64,000 nucleotides of DNA, taken from positions 6,458-70,457 of the forward strand of contig JACRFA010000113.1 of the NCBI GenBank assembly GCA_016218065.1. The letters run 5' to 3'. A program made the position numbers and the translations under genes. Positions 31,837 through 39,885 of this stretch are shown piece by piece (position 1 is the first letter of the stretch; each line of letters begins with the position of its first letter). The notes beneath the pieces are model-generated. The model did not search any database and was not told where the DNA came from. It saw nothing but the letters and a program-made list of their open reading frames with translations. Source of the stretch: Ignavibacteriota bacterium (GTDB lineage Bacteria > Bacteroidota > Ignavibacteria > UBA10030 > UBA6906).

Positions 31837-31982
31837 CTGCTAACGTGTGCACAAACCACGCCGTGCCGCACTCCATGCTTTTCTACCAAATGAGTGCGGC
31901 ATGGAACGAGCACAACTGAGTTTGAACTGAGCTTCAACATTGCCTTTCAAATGAGCGAGTGTCGTGGTTTGTGCTGTCAGGC
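31837..31982 (+). repeat. attC-like imperfect palindrome, copy b
   Basis: CTGCTAAC-gtgt-GCACAAACCACG ... CGTGGTTTGTGC-t-GTCAGGC, with perfect 12-bp inner boxes at 31849-31860 / 31963-31974. Inner 12/13 stem CCGTGCCGCACTC/GAGTGCGGCATGG; conserved core GAGCACAACTGA...TGAGCGAGTGTCG. Confidence 0.6.
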
Positions 31983-31995
31983 GAAGTGCGAAAAG

Positions 31996-33072
31996 TCACT
32001 TCAACTGTTGTCCCCTTCCTATGCTTGCTGATACACTTCCAAACGAGCCCTCTGCGAGCGCTGATAACAATGAAATCTCACCAGCAAGGCAGACGGATGC
32101 AACAATTTCACCTAACCGAGACACAGCATATCCTCGTCTAGTTTCATCTGGGTTGCACCCCAATCGATCTAGATTCTCTCTGCAAGGCTTGTAGTCAGTG
32201 CCGCCGCCAACGACGCCAAGTTCCATACACGGTAAAGTTAGCACGAATCGTACTCCCTCGTCGACACGGCTGCCAACTAGCGTTGCACTACTTGACTCGA
32301 CGATCTCAGCGACATCTTGACCAAAGGGGATAAACATCGCAGCTAACGAATTCGCAACATGTGCGTTTTGATGATAAGGAGCGCCCGCAAGGCTTGAGCC
32401 CAATTGTAGCTTGGCCACAGCCAGATCCAAAAGTGGTTCAACACCAACATGAAGCACATGCTTCAGGATGTCGGAAGTGAGGATGACTTCTGCAATAACA
32501 CCCAAACCTCTGCCATCCAAGACGTTGATAGCAGCAGGCTTCTTGTCAGAACACAGGTTTCCAGAAACCCCCAGACATTTTGTTTGGGTCACCTTGCACA
32601 CACGACGCACGATTGAATCTGAAAGTATCGTGACTGCATTGCCCCCTAGCGCATCGCCGACATCAAAGCGTAGCCTAAGATAAATGTACTGTCCAAGAAT
32701 GTATGGTCTTGATTCGATTAGCCTGACATGCTTGCTCTGTCCCTCTGGCCATTCGTTGATTTCCAACTGAATCTCCTGCAGTTTCCGAAAAGCCCTGACG
32801 GCATCCTTGACGTTCGTTGCGGCGAATACTGGCGCCCGCGTCATGGACTTGCGATAAACACAAGTTGTAGAACCGCCAGAGAGGGTTATAGCCTTGCAGC
32901 CGCGGTTGATCCCTGCAACCAAGCCTCGTTCGGTCGTAGCCAGTGGTACCTCTACTGTCGCATCGATATTTTCCCCGTGAATAACAATGGGTGATGAAAG
33001 AGAATACGGTACAGGATGAACGCCCTTTTGGCGCTCAATGAACGATTGTATTCTTCTGCTTCGTATTGTCAT
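31996..33072 (-). CDS. HMG-CoA reductase class-I homologue (short form, atypical C-terminus)
   Basis: By-eye alignment to the class-I catalytic domain: [21 protein letters not shown] (cf. [20 protein letters not shown]), GDALGGN (GDAMGMN), [20 protein letters not shown] ([20 protein letters not shown]), [18 protein letters not shown] (NAHAANIVTAIYIACGQD), GVVGGGT. The start is set at the ATG at 33072, which forms an ATGA overlap with the kinase stop; the ORF track start is 33111. Confidence 0.75.
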   Translation of the reverse strand: [358 protein letters not shown]

Positions 33073-33944
33073 GTCCAGAGACCTTGCTTCATCTCCACTG
33101 GATTTGCCCATCTAGCATTAGGGTCAGGCATTATTGCTTTGCATAGTACTGTCGGCAACGAACAAGATGGCGCGAATTGCCTTAGTTGGTTACTCAACCC
33201 ATCGAAATCCACCGAGTACCTTGCCGCGACAGGATCGTCTGAACTCAGCACGAATTCGGGCAATGATCCTGTAAGTAGTTGTATTCCGACTATCCCGAGC
33301 GAGTACAAATCTGCACGGATGTCAACATCTCCAGCATGACAAAATTGTTCAGGGGCCATGTATGGTATTGTTCCAGCCCAGTAGGCAGGTCGATGCTCAA
33401 GATGCGCCCCGAATTTTGCTAGGCCAAAATCAGCAACTAGGTAGACTTTTCGGCTATCATCAATAAGGATGTTATCTGGTTTGAGATCCCTATGCACGAT
33501 CTCATTATCCCACAAGTGACCAAGCGCAGACAGCAACTGACTTAGGACTATTCTGACTTCAGAGGAATCGAATCGCTCGGTTTGGCGCAGTACCGATGAC
33601 AATGAACCTCCTTCCACCCAGTCCATTGTGAAATATGAAAATCCTGATTTTGTCCCAGAGTCGTGGACGCGAACAATGTTTTTATGTCTGAGCCTAGCAA
33701 GTAGCTCGAATTCGCGTTCAAACCTGATCCGCGCGTCATTGTCAGGCACGAACTCTGACTTCAAAATCTTCAGTGCGAAGTAATCTCCATCGCGCAGATT
33801 TGAGACTTTGTAAACCGCCCCAAATGTTCCTTGTCCAACGAAATCTAGGACTCTGTACAAATCCTGAAAAGCTATCATGACTGAACGCACCAGAACATGA
33901 TGGTTTCCTCTCGTAACCATTACTGTAACATCACTTGCGCTCAT
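33069..33944 (-). CDS. Hanks-type Ser/Thr protein kinase, stand-alone catalytic domain
   Basis: GQGTFGAVYKV (Gly loop), FALKILK (catalytic Lys), HRDLKPDNILID, DFGLAKF, YMAPEQ. ATGA overlap with the upstream permease-like gene. Confidence 0.88.
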   Translation of the reverse strand: MSASDVTVMVTRGNHHVLVRSVMIAFQDLYRVLDFVGQGTFGAVYKVSNLRDGDYFALKILKSEFVPDNDARIRFEREFELLARLRHKNIVRVHDSGTKSGFSYFTMDWVEGGSLSSVLRQTERFDSSEVRIVLSQLLSALGHLWDNEIVHRDLKPDNILIDDSRKVYLVADFGLAKFGAHLEHRPAYWAGTIPYMAPEQFCHAGDVDIRADLYSLGIVGIQLLTGSLPEFVLSSDDPVAARYSVDFDGLSNQLRQFAPSCSLPTVLCKAIMPDPNARWANPVEMKQGLWT

Positions 33945-35326
33945 GGGGCAACTCCTATACCACGCAGAAAGTCTCCGACGGCCGGTATTATCTTGCCTGT
34001 AACTGCTGCTGATGCATAAAAAGACATGTAGAGCACGCCGAGTTCGACGCGAAGAAACCTGTTCATGAACCCGGCCAGAAGAGCCATCGCGAATGTTGCC
34101 AAGATACCTACCACACCAGCCTCATTGTAAGCCAGTACAATCGCTAAACCAACAAATGCGCTTATCAATGTTTCCATGGAGATGAAGCGCAACGTCCACG
34201 TGCACCAAGTCCTCGCCCTTCTAAACGCGAGAAAATAGGAAATTGAAATCCCTACGAGGGCGCCAAGAACGGAGAACATGGCAATTGCATTTGTTGAGAG
34301 AAGTGTATGAATGTTGTTCACAGGCTCTATTGTGAACCTCGGGGGAGCATTAAAAAGGGGAGCTGCTGGCCCAAGAGCCATTGGACTAAGCGGCAGCCCA
34401 ACTGCTATCAGAGGAATGAGCGTTTCGGCTATGTACGTCGAGTTATTAACTGCGTCCATGGCTACAATCTTATCGAGCAACCTCTTCAGTGCCGAACCTC
34501 TGATTTTTTCTGCAAGTCCCCCCACAAGCACCGTCATACCAACAGGGCTCAAAACAAAGAAGAAGCTCGTGATAGCCGCGGCAACTGAAGTCAGACCTAA
34601 CTGCCTTCGACCTAGAACGCGCATAGGATTCATACTTTGGAGCTCAGTCCCCTCTCGAACAATATTTACAGATGAAGCGCTGTTGCTACGAAGTGATCGT
34701 GATACCGGCGGCGAGAGAAGAACGAAAATGTCTATTATCATCGGCCCGAGGGCAATGCCCATGAAGAAAGAGATGAACATTGAATGACCCACAAGCTTAG
34801 ACGACAACTCCTGTGTTGCTCCAATAAAGGTTGCAAACGGAAGAACAGCGAGAACCGCCGCCCACCTAGCTTTGGAGAAGAGTGCGATTAGCAATGCCCC
34901 CAGAAGGAATGCCCATGGCGCATAACTCCGAATCACATTCCCGAACGGTTGAAGAATGCTACCGAAGACCAGTGCAATTGGTAAAGCAATGACAACACCA
35001 ACTACGGATGCAGCAAGCATCTTCCGTAGCAAGATGTGCGGTATGCCGTATCGTCTCCCGACCTCGCAGGCATCGAGGAACGGGACAGTCATCGTGCTAC
35101 CGGGAATGATCGCGATGGCCGACGGTACTGAATTTGAAGTTTCCATTGCAGCGATTGCTGCCATGAAGAAGCAAAGGATGACCTCTGGTGGGATATTTGC
35201 CAAGACAAGCAAAAGAATAATTGGAGCAATGCTCGCAGTCTCGTCAGTGCCGGGAATTAGACCGATGATAAAATAGAGTAACGACGCCACTACTGCGGCC
35301 AAGAGCGCGAAGACAATGAGTTCCAT
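33941..35326 (-). CDS. polytopic membrane protein, TctA/DUF112-like (tentative)
   Basis: 461 aa with at least 10 hydrophobic helices. The motifs IGLIPGTDETASIAPIILLLV and AIAIIPGSTMTVPFLDA resemble the repeated G-x-(L/I)-PG motifs of TctA large subunits. Assignment is from memory of the family, not a search. Confidence 0.5.
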   Translation of the reverse strand: MELIVFALLAAVVASLLYFIIGLIPGTDETASIAPIILLLVLANIPPEVILCFFMAAIAAMETSNSVPSAIAIIPGSTMTVPFLDACEVGRRYGIPHILLRKMLAASVVGVVIALPIALVFGSILQPFGNVIRSYAPWAFLLGALLIALFSKARWAAVLAVLPFATFIGATQELSSKLVGHSMFISFFMGIALGPMIIDIFVLLSPPVSRSLRSNSASSVNIVREGTELQSMNPMRVLGRRQLGLTSVAAAITSFFFVLSPVGMTVLVGGLAEKIRGSALKRLLDKIVAMDAVNNSTYIAETLIPLIAVGLPLSPMALGPAAPLFNAPPRFTIEPVNNIHTLLSTNAIAMFSVLGALVGISISYFLAFRRARTWCTWTLRFISMETLISAFVGLAIVLAYNEAGVVGILATFAMALLAGFMNRFLRVELGVLYMSFYASAAVTGKIIPAVGDFLRGIGVAP

Positions 35327-35327
35327 A

Positions 35328-35762
35328 TCAGATCGTCCTTTCTGCTTCTGATGAAGCTGCGTCAGCTAGTGCTATCTGGGCCAACTGCTCGGAAATGCCG
35401 GCATGCTCGGCTATGTAAAGGACATCTACAGGTCCACCCTTTAGATTCTTTAGCTCGCTGGAGGCATCCGTATCGAATGCAGCAAGAACGTTGCGTAGAT
35501 CGGAACTAGAAGGAACATCTTCATTTACTTCGCGGTGAGTGCCGAAACGACGATTTATCATGAATGAAAATGCGAGGATTGTGATAAGGGCAAGTCCTAG
35601 TGCTGTGGCTACTCTAGTTTGGGGAGTGAATTCAAGTAAAGCCCCAAGTTTGAGCACACCACCGTAGACAACTAGGCCAAAAAACGCAGTTAGAGTGATT
35701 CCGATGCCAAGCGAACGACCGTTTACAGTCTCCTGCATTACTTTGTAAGTCCTTCCTTTCAT
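35328..35762 (-). CDS. small membrane protein (two TM helices plus a soluble acidic tail), first gene of the four-gene operon
   Basis: 144 aa. TM segments are LGIGITLTAFFGLVVYGGVL and VATALGLALITILAFSFMI. Its stop lies 1 nt before the next ATG. No family recognised; it may play a TctB-like role. Confidence 0.5.
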   Translation of the reverse strand: MKGRTYKVMQETVNGRSLGIGITLTAFFGLVVYGGVLKLGALLEFTPQTRVATALGLALITILAFSFMINRRFGTHREVNEDVPSSSDLRNVLAAFDTDASSELKNLKGGPVDVLYIAEHAGISEQLAQIALADAASSEAERTI

Positions 35763-35920
35763 ATCGTTTGTCCCTTTCTGTCGTTGATGGAGTTTTCAGT
35801 CGCTACTCGTTAGGCTTGTATGAAGCCACCAGTTGGTGATCAGGGGTAGCGACTCGAGCCCCGTGTTTATTCCTGTCGGCTTTTGTTGAAATCTTGTTCA
35901 ACATGACTTTGGGCGTTTTG

Positions 35921-36124
35921 GCTAACGTCTTCGCAAACTACGTCCTCGCTTTTTCATAACCGAGTGAGGCGTGGAGTGAACACAACTACACTGAGCGAGC
36001 GTCGGCCTGCCCGCCATGCTTCACCTTTTGGCGGGCATGTGTGCGAGCCTTACCAAATTCGCTTTCTGAATCCCGATGTTTCTCATCGGGATGTGTGAAC
36101 GCCGATGCTTGCATTTGTAATGTG
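35921..36124 (+). repeat. attC-like imperfect palindrome, copy c (expanded, right arm decayed)
   Basis: GCTAAC-gtcttcgc-AAACTACG ... CGATGCTT-gcattt-GTAATGTG. It is collinear with copy d apart from two inserted hairpins (GCCCGCC/GGCGGGC at 36009-36036; CCCGATG/CATCGGG at 36072-36090). Confidence 0.55.
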
Positions 36125-36170
36125 CAGTTGTTTTTCCGCCGAAACTCGGGTTGGCAAAACCTTATTGCTG

Positions 36171-36947
36171 TCATCGTGATTGGACTGGGTTTGTTTCCAT
36201 TGTACAAAGCCTGACAAACTTGACACCAAGTTCAGTCATGAGAATAGACCTTGGCTCAGACACATTGACATCGACATCGAATTCGCTTCCATCGTAATCG
36301 CGAGTATGCATATGGCTCCTCGACGGAGATACGTCAACTTCCACATCCGGAACATCCCATTTGATGGTGCCGAGAGCTAACAGACTGGAAATGAAAGCAT
36401 TCAGACTCTCTTCCGCGTGACCTGTACTTGTTTGGATGTCAATGATTCGTAAGGAGAATGTGGTGAGCTTAGTTTCGTCGCGTTTCCTTTCTCCTGAATA
36501 CTTCTCATCGTAAGACTGCCGCTTCTTTTCAAGCGCCTTGAATATGGACTCGAGTAGTTGAGCTTCGGCTGCCGTGATAGTTTTCAATATTTCGATGGCA
36601 TTCTGTTCGAGGAGTACTCTACTGTCCGTTGTCACAATATTTGCGATGAGCCGAGCCCATTTGTCTTGAAGATACTCGTCTTCTTCCAATGAACTGTACT
36701 CGATGAGCGGCGCCAATGTTCTAAGTGAGATTCTCTTTGGGTCAAGGTTATGCTTGCTAAGATATACCTGAGCACTAGAAAATATTTTTACTTGGTTCTT
36801 GAATCTCCGAAGCCTGACTTGGTCCGCGATTAAGCCGCTTGTTTCGTCAAGAGAGGGTCCAAAAAGTGCCTTGAGAAGAGCCTCGCTCTTGTCAAGCAGT
36901 TGTTTTGGGATATTGAGGCTATCGATTACTTTACCCAGGCTTTCCAT
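36171..36947 (-). CDS. Abi-alpha / DUF4393-family protein (abortive-infection-associated family)
   Basis: 258 aa. The pattern ...LKALFGPSLDETSGLIADQVRLRRFKN...LAPLIEYSSLEEDEYLQDKWARLIANIV... matches the Abi_alpha family hallmark (acidic stretch followed by LQxxWAxLLAN). Assignment is from memory of the family. Confidence 0.65.
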   Translation of the reverse strand: MESLGKVIDSLNIPKQLLDKSEALLKALFGPSLDETSGLIADQVRLRRFKNQVKIFSSAQVYLSKHNLDPKRISLRTLAPLIEYSSLEEDEYLQDKWARLIANIVTTDSRVLLEQNAIEILKTITAAEAQLLESIFKALEKKRQSYDEKYSGERKRDETKLTTFSLRIIDIQTSTGHAEESLNAFISSLLALGTIKWDVPDVEVDVSPSRSHMHTRDYDGSEFDVDVNVSEPRSILMTELGVKFVRLCTMETNPVQSR

Positions 36948-36994
36948 TTTCGTCTCGGCACCGATTGTCAGAGATTAGATGGCAAAAACAATTG

Positions 36995-37146
36995 CACATA
37001 ACGTCTTCGCAAACTACGCCACGCCGAAATCCTCGCTTTTTACAACTGAGTGAGGCGTGGAGTGAAGACAACTAAAGTGAGCGAGCGTCGGCTTGTGTGC
37101 GAGCTTTACCAAATGTGTGAACGCCGTAGTTTGACGTTGTTATGTG
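36995..37146 (+). repeat. attC-like imperfect palindrome, copy d (best preserved)
   Basis: CACATAAC-gtcttcgc-AAACTACG (36995-37018) ... CGTAGTTT-gacgtt-GTTATGTG (37125-37146). The outer AAC/GTT triplets are intact, and the core GAAGACAACTA...GTGAGCGAGCGTCGGC is shared with copy c. Confidence 0.6.
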
Positions 37147-37375
37147 TTCGTACACGCCAGCTTGTACACACTCGATAAGTTACGCGCCGGAGTTGGTCGC
37201 CGAATGCTCACGACTTCCACTCATGCAAACTGCTTCTTGATGCAAACGACTTTTTGGCAACCACAACACTCGATTCACTTCTCTCAAAAAACAATTCGCG
37301 AGTAGACGGGCAAACTGTTTTGTGGCTGGCGCGTATGACATCATAACTACAGTACGTACGCCACCCCCAACTCTC

Positions 37376-39088
37376 TTATCCCGCTTCCGGCGGCACCACT
37401 TTAATTTCCACGCGACGATTCAACGCCTGATTCATCGGATCGTCAGAGTTCGCAGGCTCGTCCCATGCTCGTCCTTCAATCACAAACTTGTTCGGATCGA
37501 ATTTGTATTTCTCAATCAGCGCCTTCTTCACGGCTGCGGCTCGATCGGTGCTGAGTTGCTTCACGGCATCGTAGGGAACTCTTCCCTTCATGGAATTATC
37601 CGTATGACCCTCCACGATGATCACGCATTTTTCAAACTGACCGGCAACACGCGCAACACGCTCCAGCGTTGCATCCACGCCCGGATCATAGAGTTTCTTT
37701 TCGATGATATTCCCGAATTCATCGCGCGCTGCTTCGTGCAAGTTTGCACTGTTCGGATAGAAGTTGATTCTGATCGTCTGCGTGAGAATCGGAGACTCGG
37801 CGCTGACTTTTTCGTACGATTGCGGCGTGAAGGACGTCCCGCTTTCGTACTTCTGATGCGCGAATGTTCCCTTCGCCTGCAGGTCTTTGATGAACGAAAA
37901 GTCCATCACGCGATCGAATTCCACCGGCGCGTCGATGCGGCCAAGTTCGCGATACACAAGCGATGCGCTCTTCCACGAGCGCTCGAAGTTGGTCGGGTTG
38001 CTTTGATTCAGGAAGAACTGCACGTTCTCGCCGAAGTTCGTCGAGTGCGCGTCGCCCATCATGCCTTTGATGTCCTCCGGCTTCATGCCGAATGCATCCG
38101 CCATCCATTGCGCGGCCTGTTCCGCATTTTGCTTGACGTAATCCATTCCTTCAAACACACCGGCGACAAATCCTTTGACGATGTCCGGATGGTCGCGGGC
38201 AAAATCGGCGCGAAACGCGTACACGTCAGCGATGACTTTGTTCGCTTCCGCCGTTGTGCTGAGAATTCGCGTTTTGGGCAATCGCTTTGGAATATTGTAA
38301 ATGTCCGGCGCCCAGCTCACGACCGCATCGATCTTCCGGTCGGCAACAAAAGCGGCGGCGGCTTCAAACGCAGTCGTCGTATATTTCATCTTCACATCGC
38401 CAACATTCAACCCGGCGCTCAGCAACAGCGTGGTGATGAAGTACTCGCTCGGGCTATTCTGCGCGCACACTATGGTTTTCCCTTTGAGGTCGCGCACCGT
38501 TTTGATTGCGTCACGTGACACAATCCCATCGCCTCCGCTTGACCAATCGATTTGCTGCACGATGCGCGGCGCCGTTCTACTGTCGCGCATCAACTCCGGT
38601 GCAAACAGCACCATCATATCTTCTGTACCCCACAACGCGTGAACGTTGCCCGATGTGTACGCGTCGCGTGCAGTGATCGGGTCGTCGATCAACACCATCT
38701 CCACCATGAATCCGTATTTCTTGTAGAAGATCGATTCCTTGTTCGGCTTCGTGCCGTGGTTCGCCGCGATGATTGGCAGCCATCCAATCCAAACATTGTA
38801 GCTGAACTTGACCGTCTTGTCTTTCCATGCGTAGCTGCTCACGCCTTTTACCGGCGGCAGCTTGTCCGCGGGAATGTACTTGTACTCCTTCACCGTCGTC
38901 ACGTTCGTGAGGTCTGTCGCTTCGACTTCGCTCTCCGTGTCCGTCGATGATGTTCCGAACGGCAACTTGGCTCCATCCTTCCCCATCAAGAGCCACACAC
39001 CCAACCCGATGAGTCCAAGGACGAGAATGATGGAAATGAAAATGCCGAACGGCGTAAGTTTCGCTCGTGAACCTTGTTCGTCTGCCAT
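37376..39088 (-). CDS. membrane-anchored NitT/TauT (NMT1/SsuA-like) substrate-binding protein fused to a C-terminal OmpA-like domain
   Basis: 570 aa. An N-terminal TM anchor (FGIFISIILVLGLIGLGVWLL) is followed by a periplasmic binding-protein fold (VWIGWLPIIAANHG ... GKTIVCAQNSPSEYF). The C-terminal OmpA-like module reads IIVEGHTDNS...LSTDRAAAVKKAL...NRRVEIKV. Confidence 0.8.
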   Translation of the reverse strand: MADEQGSRAKLTPFGIFISIILVLGLIGLGVWLLMGKDGAKLPFGTSSTDTESEVEATDLTNVTTVKEYKYIPADKLPPVKGVSSYAWKDKTVKFSYNVWIGWLPIIAANHGTKPNKESIFYKKYGFMVEMVLIDDPITARDAYTSGNVHALWGTEDMMVLFAPELMRDSRTAPRIVQQIDWSSGGDGIVSRDAIKTVRDLKGKTIVCAQNSPSEYFITTLLLSAGLNVGDVKMKYTTTAFEAAAAFVADRKIDAVVSWAPDIYNIPKRLPKTRILSTTAEANKVIADVYAFRADFARDHPDIVKGFVAGVFEGMDYVKQNAEQAAQWMADAFGMKPEDIKGMMGDAHSTNFGENVQFFLNQSNPTNFERSWKSASLVYRELGRIDAPVEFDRVMDFSFIKDLQAKGTFAHQKYESGTSFTPQSYEKVSAESPILTQTIRINFYPNSANLHEAARDEFGNIIEKKLYDPGVDATLERVARVAGQFEKCVIIVEGHTDNSMKGRVPYDAVKQLSTDRAAAVKKALIEKYKFDPNKFVIEGRAWDEPANSDDPMNQALNRRVEIKVVPPEAG

Positions 39089-39112
39089 GTTCTGTCTCCT
39101 TCAGAAATGATG

Positions 39113-39862
39113 TTATTGCGCTTGAGGTTTTTCTTTCGGACCAATTTCTTTCGTTCCGGGCTGCGGTGCAGTCGATTCAATCTGCACACCCTGCGTAGCG
39201 AGAAACTCTGCGAGCGCCTGTTGCTCGAGCGCTTTGCGCTCCGCTTCCTTTTCCTTCGCCTGCTCAAGCTCGCCGAGGTCTTGCGAGACGCGAGCCTTGC
39301 CCGCCGCCTTTTCGTACTTCTTGTTCAACACTTCTTCAACACTCTTCAGCGTATCTCCCACATCCCCCACTTTGAACGCGACGCCGCTGAGCGCAGCCGC
39401 AGCCTCCGCCTGCGCTTCCTTCACGCGTACCTGACTCAATTGTCGCTCGATCCGCCGGACTTTCTCTTCAAAATCTTTTTGCGCAACCTTCGCGTTGCGA
39501 ACATTGCTGGTATAGCCTTCTTCGGTTTCCTTCAACTCGATGGAGTCGTGTTCCAGATCCACTTTCACGTCCTGCAATTCACGCGCGAGCGAGCCGGCAA
39601 GTTCGGAGTTCCCTGCTTTGTAGTTGGCAAGAATGCGTCGCTCAAGCTCCAGCGCTTTCGTCGTCTTCGTTTTGATCTGTACCTTCAGTCGCTCGGCAAT
39701 GCCTGCGAGACGCGCGAGCGCTTCGTTATACTGCGCCATCTTGTCGCGGAAATCGCTTCGCGCAACTTCGAGCAGCGCTTCCGGGTTCTGTTCTTCAAGT
39801 CCGCTGATAAACAGACCAAGGAATCCGCGAAACAGACGTGAGATGCGTGCAAAGAGTGCCAT
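39113..39862 (-). CDS. PspA/IM30 (Vipp1) family protein
   Basis: 249 aa. N-terminal amphipathic helix MALFARISRLFRGFLGLF, then an EEQNPEALLE motif and long heptad-rich helices, as in PspA. Confidence 0.82.
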   Translation of the reverse strand: MALFARISRLFRGFLGLFISGLEEQNPEALLEVARSDFRDKMAQYNEALARLAGIAERLKVQIKTKTTKALELERRILANYKAGNSELAGSLARELQDVKVDLEHDSIELKETEEGYTSNVRNAKVAQKDFEEKVRRIERQLSQVRVKEAQAEAAAALSGVAFKVGDVGDTLKSVEEVLNKKYEKAAGKARVSQDLGELEQAKEKEAERKALEQQALAEFLATQGVQIESTAPQPGTKEIGPKEKPQAQ

Positions 39863-39885
39863 GCTGTTCTCCTTTGAGAGATGAG

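Noticed and set aside
37322-38518. 398-aa plus-strand ORF overlapping the substrate-binding protein gene
   Set aside because: It is antisense to a well-supported CDS and has no recognisable motifs. The Arg/His-rich composition is typical of a shadow ORF.
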